Shown piece after piece: positions 11,900 through 23,364 of a stretch of 64,000 bases of DNA. The stretch lies in NCBI GenBank assembly GCA_047495785.1, contig JBLDXI010000009.1, positions 496,001-560,000 of the forward strand. Direction: 5' to 3'. The notes beneath the pieces were generated by a model. It searched no databases and was not told the origin of the DNA. It was given only the letters and a program-made list of their open reading frames with translations. The stretch's first letter is position 1; every line of letters begins with the position of its first letter. The DNA is from Lepidodermella squamata (Eukaryota; Animalia; Gastrotricha). Both the position numbers and the translations under genes were made by a program.

Positions 11900-12543
11900 C
11901 TATGATTTCCGAGATTTTCGATTGCGACTTTTTCTCGGCCCCTTCCGTCGTCGCTTCCTTGGCTTTTCACGCGCTATTCTGACCATGACGCTCTACAAGA
12001 GGAACAAATGGATGCATTGGTCGGCGAAATCAGATGTAATATAACCTGTTCGTCGAGGAAATTGACGAGCTGTTGCTCTGAACACTCGACATCGCTCAAC
12101 GTTTGCACTTTCGCGTATATTTCATTGAAATGAAGCGGCTTGTACTGCAAAATATCCATGTAAAGCTGCCGATCCGATCGAATGAAGGCAGCGATTTTCT
12201 CCTCAGCGTCATCAGATAACGCGGTTTCGCGCTGCTTCTTTGACAGTTTCCTAGGCGACGCGTCTTCAGCAATTTCTGCTTCCCATTCTTCAAAAAATTC
12301 GCGAACAGCAGCATCTTCGTAGTCTTCATCACCTGCTGTCGGTGACGCCGCAGGACTGGCTGCTGCGCATTTATCGGCCGACTCAGAGTTGTTTGTATCG
12401 CCTTTGGCCACTGCCGCTAATTTAGCATCTTTGTTTCGCGGCAATCGGTAACGATACCATTTGGGGATATAACCAGCTCTTCGGCGCCGCTTGTTGCTGG
12501 ACCGTTCCCTGCTCGAACCAGCAATCGCTTCAGGTAAATCCAT
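11900..12543 (-). CDS. Stand-alone SLX4 C-terminal (SLX1-binding/CCD) domain protein, a partial SLX4 duplicate; 2 exons
   Basis: EKIAAFIRSDRQLYMDILQYKPL...QQLVNFLDEQ is 36/52 identical (hand count) to the C-terminal domain of the adjacent SLX4. It has the same phase-0 intron after DEQ. The last exon reads SVMVRIAREKPRKRRRKGPRKSRNRKSRKS*. Confidence 0.8.
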
Positions 12544-12692
12544 CGACTTAAATTTTCATGCTCAAGAAACTAATCAAGAAGAAATCAGCTTACAGCGATT
12601 TTCAAACAAGACTTAAAAATGTGAGCTTCATATTAATATCAATAATTCGGCTAATAAAATCGATATATTGCAAAAAAATTCAAATGATGCGA

Positions 12693-15600
12693 TTAATTTT
12701 GCGCGGCGGACTTTTTGTTCTGCCTCGGCTTCTTTTCGACGGGAGGCGGCGGAGGTGGCCGGTGAGACTTGCCGGGTGCGAGGCGGAACGTAATGCACTA
12801 ATCACGGATTTGAAATATTAATCGAAATCATTACAGCAAAAGAGCTAACCTGCTCGTCGAGAAAATCGACCAACTGCTGCTTTGAACAAGCAAAATTGCC
12901 AACTTTTCGGACCTTGGTGTAGATGTCTTTAAATAGCAACGGTTTGTACTGCAACACGTCGATGTAAAGCTCACGATCGCTGCGAATGAACGCAGCAATC
13001 TTTTCTGTAAATTCATCGCCGGATAACACGATTTTCTTCTGCTTCTTAGCCGCTTTTTTAGTCGCGGCTTGGGACACAGTCATAGCTTGAGATTGCGTGA
13101 AAAATTCGCCAATGTCGTCATCGCCATCATCCTCCGCTTCGTCCTCGATTTCGTCGAGCAGCGACAGTGCGTTCGGCTCAATCGTCATTTCAGCTTCGTC
13201 GTCGTCTTCTTCAATCTCCGAATCAGAAGATGACGAAGATGATTCAGAAAATTTTTGTCTACAACGAGCTTTCCAATGAACAGGCTTCGCATTTGCAGCT
13301 GTAGTCGGCTTCTTCTTTTTCGTCACATCAGGCTGCGTCACAACTGCTGGTTGTTGGGTCGACGAGGAAGTCGACGGCTGGTCACTTTTCGATTGGATAG
13401 GCTTCAAAACTGAGTGAATTTCTTTCAGTTTCAGCACCATGTGCTTCTTCGGCAATTTCCGCACGCCGTACTTGCTCAGCAGCTTCGCAAGGCTGGGTGT
13501 AGCCATTTGGCTATACGGCGGCGTAGTTTTCTGGCGAAGCATGTTACCAACAGGAGTTGCAGGTGTCGCGTTCTCTTTCACGTGGTTCTGCTTCTTAGCC
13601 GCATGTCCGACAGAAGTGAGGCCTACAAGCGAAACTCGAGGTCGCGTTTTGCCACCAGCAGCCAGTTTCGACCCAGCGCCATTTTTCCGACTCAAAACTG
13701 ATATTTCGCCAACAGCAGCGGGGGCAGGCGAAGGAGATTTCCGCAAATTATCAAATTCAGCAATCAAATTGTTTTCCTCTTCCGTTATTACAAGACCTCC
13801 CTCCGATAACGGAATTTCCTCTGTGAAGCAATGGTCATAGTAGTTGTAATTTTCAAGATCAGCATAATCGTCGTATTGCTGAATCGGCGGCAAGTCATCA
13901 TCGTTGTTTTCACAATGGTTCTCTTTCGAATCCATTTCGCTATTTCCAACTGATGCGGGATCGAAATTATCGACAATTTGAGGTGGATCGTCCTCAAGCG
14001 CCAATAGTTCAGGCTCAGATTTTTCATCGGCGTCAACAGCGTCAAAGCTTCTCAAGGAATCATTCGACTCGTTCTTCGGAGATTCAGAAGACAGAACAAT
14101 CGGTGACATTGGTTCTCTGCGAAGCGGCAAAGCCGGTGTAGCGGCATTTTTGAAATACGATATAGGACTAGCATCGTCATTCGCAACAGCTAGAATAAGC
14201 GATTCGCTTAGCTCAGGCGGCGGCGGCTCGGAGTCACTAACTTCCTCGTCGGATGCAGGATCTTCATAAGACTCGATAGCATTCCTGATTTCATCAGTAA
14301 ATTCTGACGTCTCAAAACAACCGCCGTAAATAAAATCAAGGAAAGACTCGATAAATTTTGACGAGAATAAAGACAGCCGGGCTATAGTTAGGTTTTTATT
14401 CGGCGAGGTCAACGATTTCCGCGAAATAAGGCCAGGGCATTGAGCGAATAGTATCAGACGATGGGCAGGAATGAGATCACCATCGGCGGATAACAACCGA
14501 ACATCACAGGTCGATTTGTCACAACGAAGTTGAAAGAAATTCGCCAACAACTGGTTTCGACGCTCTGGGTCACTTTGCGTCGACTTATCAACTAGCGCAT
14601 TCTCCGTCTGCGAGCTTTGATCATCGACGGTAAGCATGGTTTGAGAAGCCTCGTCAAAAGTTGACACCTCTGTTTGAGAATCTGAATCTTTCAAAGACTC
14701 CACCGAATAGCTAGTAGTACTGGGTAGTTCAAATGATGAATTATTGGCAGTTAACGGCGGTGCATAAGTGCTTGTAATTATAACATCGGTGTCTCGATCG
14801 AAATTCGATGCAATATGCATAGTAGAGTCATGCGTAATTTCCAACGACTGAGGAATCAGAGTTTCGTTCGATTCATCAACACCGCTGATCGACTCATTTT
14901 TGCGAATTTCAATCGATTTCTTCGGCGAAATACGAGGTTTATCGGTAATGTCGATTCCTAATTCGAAATCACAAGTGTCGATGTGAAATTCTTCCGGCAT
15001 TCCGAAAATCGTATTCGATGATTTGATTTCCTCGATCAGTTTTTCGGGTGAAGAGCAGGCCAAACGAAACAAACGGGATGCAACTTCTCCCGAGGCCAAC
15101 TTACTAGCTACAAGGACTTTGAACGTTTTGCGACCAGTAATCGCTTCGAACCGCTCGTTGATAAGTTCGAGAAGACGTATTTGTGCTTCGGCTGGGTCGC
15201 GGGAAGCCGCTGCCGAAATCGCCTGTTCGATCGTTGCTTGTAATTTCGGCTTTTTCGACGGAGCACGGCCATCTTTTTCGCAATTCTCAGCGATGGAAAC
15301 TATCGGCAAGTGACTAACGTGAGTTTCAACCACTGAAGCCGATAAAGCCACGGCGAGCTGTAACTGCTCATCCTCGTAAGAGGCCGGCTGTTCGAAAAAT
15401 TTACCCGGCCGTTTCTTGCCCGAAGCTGGTTTGCTAGTGGGGGCTGAAGGAGGCGGAGGCGGTGGCATCTCCACTTGCAGAGTCATCTGCTTCTTGGAGA
15501 GTTCCAACAAGAGATCAGGGGCAACATTGTACTTTTTGGCGCATTGCTTCAAATGAGGCGCATAAGACCGGTCAGTTTTTATTACCCGCCCACAAATGGG

Positions 15601-16092
15601 GCAATAAGGCAACACCGTTCCAGTTGCTTCGGCTATGGTCGTCTGCATAAATTGAATTTAGTAATTTTTCAGAGAAATCAAACGATTTATTACCGAAGAA
15701 TCAGCTGTAAGATTCGAGTCCGACGTTGAACTTGAAGGCCGTTCGTCCTTATCAATAGCAGTTTTGCTGTTAGACGGCGATGACTTGACGGTGATGAAAT
15801 CCGTAATCGGTCGAACTTTTCCAATTGATTTAGCCGCTTTAGCCTTGGCAGCTCTTGCTTTCATACACTGCGCAAAATGATCAGCATATTTCGACTCGAG
15901 TAGCGCAACATTGCATAGGGCGCAGTTTCTAGAGGCGGCTTCTTCCGATTTCGCTGGTGCGGGTGCGGCAGGTTTTGAAACCGGCACGGACTCGGACTTG
16001 GCCAACTTCGCGGCAACCTGCTTCAGCAACGGTCGAACTGATTCGTCCTTGAAGTCATCCAAGCTATCGCGGCGACTGTCTCTGCTGCTCAT
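12693..16092 (-). CDS. SLX4: Structure-specific endonuclease scaffold SLX4 (exons 16092-15694, 15642-12850, 12797-12693)
   Basis: Two UBZ-like fingers (CALC...H...C; CPICG...HLKQCAK), MLR-like EQLQLAVALSAS, BTB (DVRLLSADGDLIPAHRLIL..QCP...FLDFIYGG), SIM-like PIVLSS, SAP (PPYSQMATPSL..LLSKYGVRKLPKKHMVLKLKEIH) and CCD ending FLDEQ|CITF. Confidence 0.93.
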
Positions 16093-16282
16093 TCGGCATT
16101 AACATTAATAAATTATTCCTACTGGACAATCAAAATAACTCAAATAATTGCGCAAATTATTACTTCAAAGCAGATTAAAATGTTGAGCCGAATCACGTTG
16201 TGGTTGTAAATAATATGATCAAGAGATTCATCTATTCGAAATACCGGATAATCAAAGGCAGTTATTTCAGTTTCATCACAAT

Positions 16283-18630
16283 CTAAAATTGCGGCCGGCG
16301 CTTGGCTTGCGGTTGACCAGTCGCAGATCGAGCTGCAGTGAGATCAATGAAACCGCCTCCGCCACTAGCCCCGCCTGTCAGGGTAGTCGGAAGGCGACGC
16401 TGAGAAGCCTGCGAAACGTTGCCCACCGCTTGTGACGTGTTCATCGACTCGTTAGCTCCGCCCACAAACATGTTCCTGATATCAGACTGAGCCCTGTTAA
16501 ACAAGCAAATGAAATTCGAAAAATTAAACAAGTCTGCCCAACTTACTGAGACGAGCGAGTAGAAGCGGCGGTCGTGCGATTCGTTGCGGTTGTTCGTTTA
16601 GGAGGTGGAGGAGGTTCGTCCGCCATCATATCGTCGTCCTCAGGTGGATCAAAGGGATCGATATCGACTTCACGCGCCGCCGCCGCTGCAGCACCGCGGC
16701 CACGCCCTCGGCCTCGGCCTCGAGTGGTGGTCGGAGCTGGAGAAGCGGCCGCAGCTCGACTCCCTCGGCCACCTCGGCTACCACGGCCGCCGCGTGATCC
16801 ACGACCACCCCGCTTGCCCTTAGCGGCAGTCGTCACTTCCATGGCGTCTTCATCATCATCGCCAGCTAAATCATTCTCGTCATTATCATCATCTGGAGTT
16901 GTCCGTCGAGCAGCCGGTTTGACATCTTCGTCGTCATCATCCTGCTCATCCTGTGGCGCTCTCTGGTAACCTCGAGCTTCGCGATTTCGCTGCAGCATTC
17001 CCAACACCTCGTTTTCCTCGTCAGTTCGCCCTTTCCGCTCGGCGTGGAATCGACGAATGAGTCGATCAACGTCGCTTTCATCGTCGAAATCAACGTCAAT
17101 GTCAGGATTTGCGTTGACATAGTCCATCATTCGACCAATTTGATGCTTCATTAAATTTCCAATGGAATCTTTGTCTTCCTTATCGACAAAAGCCTCAAGT
17201 GCGCGCCTGAGACCGATTTCAGACAACACGCGCAATTTATCCATCTTATTATCTGGCGCTTCCATCAATTCGGAAATGATGTCCTCCAAGCGATGTGAAT
17301 TCAATTGCGATAAATTGATATTCAACGCATCCATACCTTCCAGATCGTCATCTCCATCAGTCGTATCACCACCGCCGCTGATTAAACGGCGCTTATGGAA
17401 CAATAAAATGTCCTTAGGATTCGCGACTGTATCCGCGAAGTGGCAACCGAATCGAGCGGGGAAAAGCACTGGATATCCACCGGATGCGTCCACCTTAAGG
17501 CGAATGAGAGGCTTCGTCGGTTGACGAGGATCGCCGCTGCGTTCAGCCTTAGCTCGAGTCAACACGCTCTTGATAATTTCCAAACATTTCTTCTCAATCT
17601 TCTCCTGACAACGCGGATCGTCGGGGGCGATGTTCGTCTTCGAAAGTTCGAGATGTTCAACGTAGAGTTGGCGCACAGTTTTCAATGGCAGTGGGGTCAA
17701 ACTGAAGTTTTTCCCGCGAACTTGCAGCAAAGCGCAATGTTTCTGGGCTGCCTCGCCATCCGCCAGTGACGTTGCTACGGTTGAACCGACCTGGGTGACG
17801 TAAAAATCACGAGCCGAGTTGCGCTGGTACGGCTGGCTGCCCAACATCGACTCGTGTTCATGGCCCCAAAATACCAGATCGATGAAGTCGTCGAGAAATG
17901 ACTCGGGGATGAAATTTTTCGCACCATGCTTCGATCGGTTTTGGTGGATGCACAACAGGTTGAAAAAGTCGTCAGCTCGTTCCTTAGGCCTGAACAGCGT
18001 TACGCGCTTTTGAAGAAACATGCGATGCAAACGCTCATCCCTCATTGCACCGATGCCGTATATCGCCAGTAATGTGGCCCCTTTCCGCATGAGAAGCGGT
18101 GCAGACTCAACGGCGTCTGTCGCCCTGGTTTTCCCGAAGAAATTTACCAAACCAGCCGCAGCCAAAAGATCCAAGGCACATAGACCGCCGTGGCCAGACG
18201 GATCGTCGTGATTGCCGTGGATGCTGAATACTGGGATCGCAACGTTTAAATTAGGATCTTCGTAATTTAAACGCAGGTAGGAATCGCTGTGAGACAACGT
18301 AGCTTCTCGGCTGCTCAAAAACTCGAAAGCAGCCGGCGTCTCCCCCAGACAGTATTTCCTGAGCAACTCGATGCATTTGTACTGAGCTGTCCGCGACGGC
18401 TTGTTGTCGTGGTACAAATCGCCTCCAAGCAGGATGAAATCAACCTGGTGCTGAACTGCGTATTCGAGGCACTCCTCGAAAGCTAGAAAAGAATCGTTTT
18501 CGCGTTCGGCGTCCTTTTCGCCGAATCCCAAGTGGATATCGGTTGCTAACAGAATCTTGAACGTATTTTCTTCATCATTTTCATCTGCGTCGACGTTATA
18601 TGACGACTGGTCGGCATAAGAAGCCTCCAT
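16283..18630 (-). CDS. MRE11: Double-strand break repair nuclease MRE11 (exons 18630-16547, 16493-16283)
   Basis: Phosphoesterase motifs ATDIHLG, GGDLYHDNKPS, IHGNHDDP, HQNR and WGHEH; capping domain PLIRLKVD...ANPKDIL; RGG-rich GAR motif. Confidence 0.98.
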
Positions 18631-18720
18631 AAATGAATATAAAAACCCTTGAAAAAATCATTATTGCCGTTTTAATACAATATAATGTTGAACGAATTGG
18701 AAGCGCAAGGAACGAGTTTT

Positions 18721-19785
<1,065 letters not shown>

Positions 19786-21086
19786 AATCTTTCAAAGTAA
19801 ACTTAAAACCTACTAATAAAACAACATATCAGATTGAACAAGTCGTGTTTCTTTATTCAAGATGACACAAAAATATATTGGGTAAAATATAACAACCTTT
19901 ACTCACTCGTGTTAAAAAATATAATTATCATCGAAATAATGATTGATAAAGCAATAAAATATGTTTTCATATATTCAACTCAAACCATAGCCCCAAGAAA
20001 TGGAGCTACTACTACATTCACCGATTGATCAGCAGGCAAACGCAACAAGTGACAAAATCGATGGCACGGGAAAAAGACATCACATAAATCGCGCATTATA
20101 TCTCACTGATTGTACGGAAACTTTACCGGCGATACGAAACAGAGGATCAAACCACAATTTTTGTATGGAATGAAAGTACAACAGGATGCATTTTGTGGGA
20201 AGATTTGTAAAGGCTTCGTAAAAAAATAGCTTTGACTTCCATTAGAAAATACGAGATGATCGACAAAAAACAATAATTCATTATGGTAGACATATAGGAA
20301 ATATATGTTTGATATTCGGCACAACGCTCTATTGTCATAACAGATCAGAGCGGCGAATTGCTCCAAGGCACTCGTTTATCTTTTTCGGTCACGCGGTCGA
20401 ATAAATAAACGAGAATAGAAATGAAGATATAGGAAAAATTGTGTTAGTTTATAACAAGGGAGCAGCATGTAAATATTTTGCTATAAGACGTCATGCAAGC
20501 CGTAATAAAATTTACTCGTAAAATGGGAGCATGAGACTCACAAAAAGACGGGCATGCAATTGAGATTAAATTTGATCCATTTGGTACGACGCAAAAGAGC
20601 ACGCATGAAGAATACATATATGTAATAACTATTAGGCAAATTACACCCGGGAAATGACGAGAAAGAATTCCAAGTGAACAATATAGCTAATGGTAATAAT
20701 ATGGATAGCTAATGTGATAGTCTAAGTGTAAGAGGAAAGGCAGATCATGAAAACAGTTGTCGGCAAAATCGCCGGAAAGTGTTGCTGCAAGCCCGCTGAA
20801 ATTCACACAAAAGCTAGGAACCATCTACAAGCTAAGCACCGTGAAAAGTTGGATATGATTGTGATAGTGACACAGCTACTAGAATATGATGTGCTCGAGG
20901 CATCAACTAACATACCGAAGTATTGCCGTGAAGAATTATTGGCTCAAAAATATATCATCTAAGCTTCGGTCTGACGAGAATTTATCACAAAGTGCGCAGT
21001 ATCCCCAAAATTGAAAATACAGATACGATTTGGAGCCGTTAAGATTGATGAACAGGAATGAATCATCAAGTTAAGAAACCACTAAT

Positions 21087-22248
21087 TCACAATAGGCCAC
21101 GTTCTTTAGCGTAAAAATAAAGCTGTCGACGAAAGAAAGGATTCAGTAGACATGCGTCTCTACGCTCTTTGACATAACGTAGCGCATCAATTAGCTTCCA
21201 TCGATTTCGAATCACACAATAAGCAACGACTATGGCCGCAGATCTGATTAAAAATGATTAGTTATTCAACATTTGTGACAATTTGATTACTTCTTACCGA
21301 TTTATTCCAAGAATGCAATGAACTAAAACTTTCCCGCCTGCTTTACTCGCCTTGTCGATGAATTCGAAAGCCTGAGGAAATACGCTTGTGATGTTGTAAC
21401 GTTCGTCGTCCTCTGCCGATAATGAGATTAACGGTTAAGATAAAACTGGCGAAAGCAGCAAATTTCTTTCATTTAGTTGCGAAGTTTGAAACTGCCAATG
21501 CGATTTAGTATCACCAAAATTTAAATTTAAATTCAAAGCAACAACTGGGTCACCGACTGTTCACCGAATCTAATCTAGTAAAATGCCGGGCTGAATATTG
21601 TGTGATATATCAATTAATAGCAGCATTCCGCGCTGCAGTGAACAGTGAACACAGTAAAGAAACTGCTAAACGTGTTCATAAGTAGTCCCAAGCGACTCGA
21701 GTTTAGGCAAGGAATTCAAGTACAAAGAGCAACATACCGGCATAAATCTCCATGTATTCGCGGCCATTGGGCGGGTAGCGAACATATCCTAAATACAAAA
21801 ATTGAGCACATATGGCCGCAACGAACACTTGGAGCTACCTGCCGCAGCATTGAGCATGTGTGTAACACCTGTAAGAAAAACGCTATACAAATTGAAAATA
21901 AATTCACGGATTGGCTAACCAAGATTCTTCATTTTGACAAGATTTTTAGCATCCAGCTCACTGCCAAGGTACATAAAAGGCAATATTTCGCCTGGCGTCT
22001 CAATTGCACTGCGCTGTGGCGTCTGCAAGTACAATTCGTACTTGAAATAATTAATTACTTCCAGTCCACAGCAAATACCTGCAAAACTGCTTCCATTCTC
22101 TTCAGGTATTCTTCGTCAGCAGCACTTAGTTTGCTTGAGCTTCCGCTAGGTACTGTATTCACAGTGAGGCGGCCTAGCCACGAACGAGCGTTCCTAATTC
22201 AGAAAAAAATAGATAAAAGCGGGAAGGCAGGCATATGTTGACTCACAT
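21087..22248 (-). CDS. Atypical dual-specificity protein phosphatase (DUSP3/DUSP26-like catalytic domain, no rhodanese domain), 7 exons
   Basis: Manual splice gives EILPFMYLGSELDAKNL...LGVTHMLNAA...IYAEDDERYNITSVFPQAFEFIDKA...GGKVLVHCILGINRSAAIVVAY...LIDALRYVKERR...LNPFFRRQL. It has an intact HCxxGxxRS P-loop and the general-acid Asp. Missed by the ORF track. Confidence 0.9.
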
Positions 22249-22686
22249 TGCCGGTTAAATTCGCTGACGGGAAGCAGATATAATCGCTATAAGGGAGAAT
22301 CCTACTCATACAAAAGGCACAGTAATATAACAATATATCGGCTCTCTCAGACGCCGGCTTGAATTTTAAAGGAACTAGTGACTAGAGAATCGAAAGCTTA
22401 GTTAGCATTTTCTGTCAAACTTGTCAGTACAACAGCGGTGAAAATGATGAAAACCACCATTGGACCAATTTCAAATCTTGAAGATCGATGTTAATGAGTT
22501 TTGACGAGCCGACGATGCTGCCTAACGACAGCAAATTTTGATAAAGTAGGAGGACGGTATCGACTAAGCCTTAAGCCTACGCTGCTCGCTGCTAATTAGT
22601 TAGTGACTGCATTATCAGAAATCAGCTTTTGGCTGAGGTAACTTAAAGTCTATGGCACATAACTGGCTTTTCACTGTAAAGCTTTT

Positions 22687-23040
22687 TCAGAGCGCTGATA
22701 ACTGGCTCTGGTGGAATAACATTTGAATAACATCCAACTTTCTGTGGATAACAACTAACAACGTTAGAAAAATAAGAAGAATAAGACCACTCATGACTAC
22801 AAGCAGCGGCTGCAGACGTATCTCTGTCAGAAGCCTCTCGAGCCAAGAAGCACCGGACACCAGGACGAAAGTTGATACATGCGCTTTCAAGAATGGACCC
22901 TTCAGATCAGAAAGGAAAGACGGACCTGCCCTCAAATTCAATCATTGGGCATTGAAAAGCCCTAGTGCCGAAGGAAAGACGGACGAGCCGTCCAACTTTT
23001 GATCGTCGTTATAGCGCGCATTTAAATTTGTTCCTGACAT
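22687..23040 (-). CDS. Small protein with one C-terminal transmembrane helix, function unknown
   Basis: The ATG at 23040 (MSGTNLNARYNDDQKLDGS) can splice into ORF 22687-22941, which carries a long hydrophobic stretch (LLVVMSGLILLIFLTLLVVI). No family recognised. Confidence 0.45.
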
Positions 23041-23364
23041 TACATAATCTAAAATATATCAAAAATGTTTTTCAATAAACAATAAGTAGTATAAACTAAA
23101 AATACAATTTACATAGCAACACGCGTTCATCGCAACCTTTGGGGATGTATGGCGCAAGTAGCCAAACGACTTCAAAACCTCAATTAACAATAAGCTTAGA
23201 ACAGAGCCTATTTAATTATTTAAATGCTAAAGCAGTCTAAATATCATTGAGTAGTGATGCATTTAATAACTTGATTCCTAAGATGCTGATACATGAATGA
23301 ACCAACCTTGAGATAATGTTATGAGCTACGTCTAACTCTGCTCGGATAGCCAGCACTCTTCGTG

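Noticed and set aside
19834-20962. Short ORFs between PECR and DUSP
   Set aside because: AT-rich with no coherent exon chain; more likely DUSP 3' UTR or promoter.
21645-22241. 198-aa plus-strand ORF
   Set aside because: Antisense shadow of the DUSP exons with no recognisable protein features.
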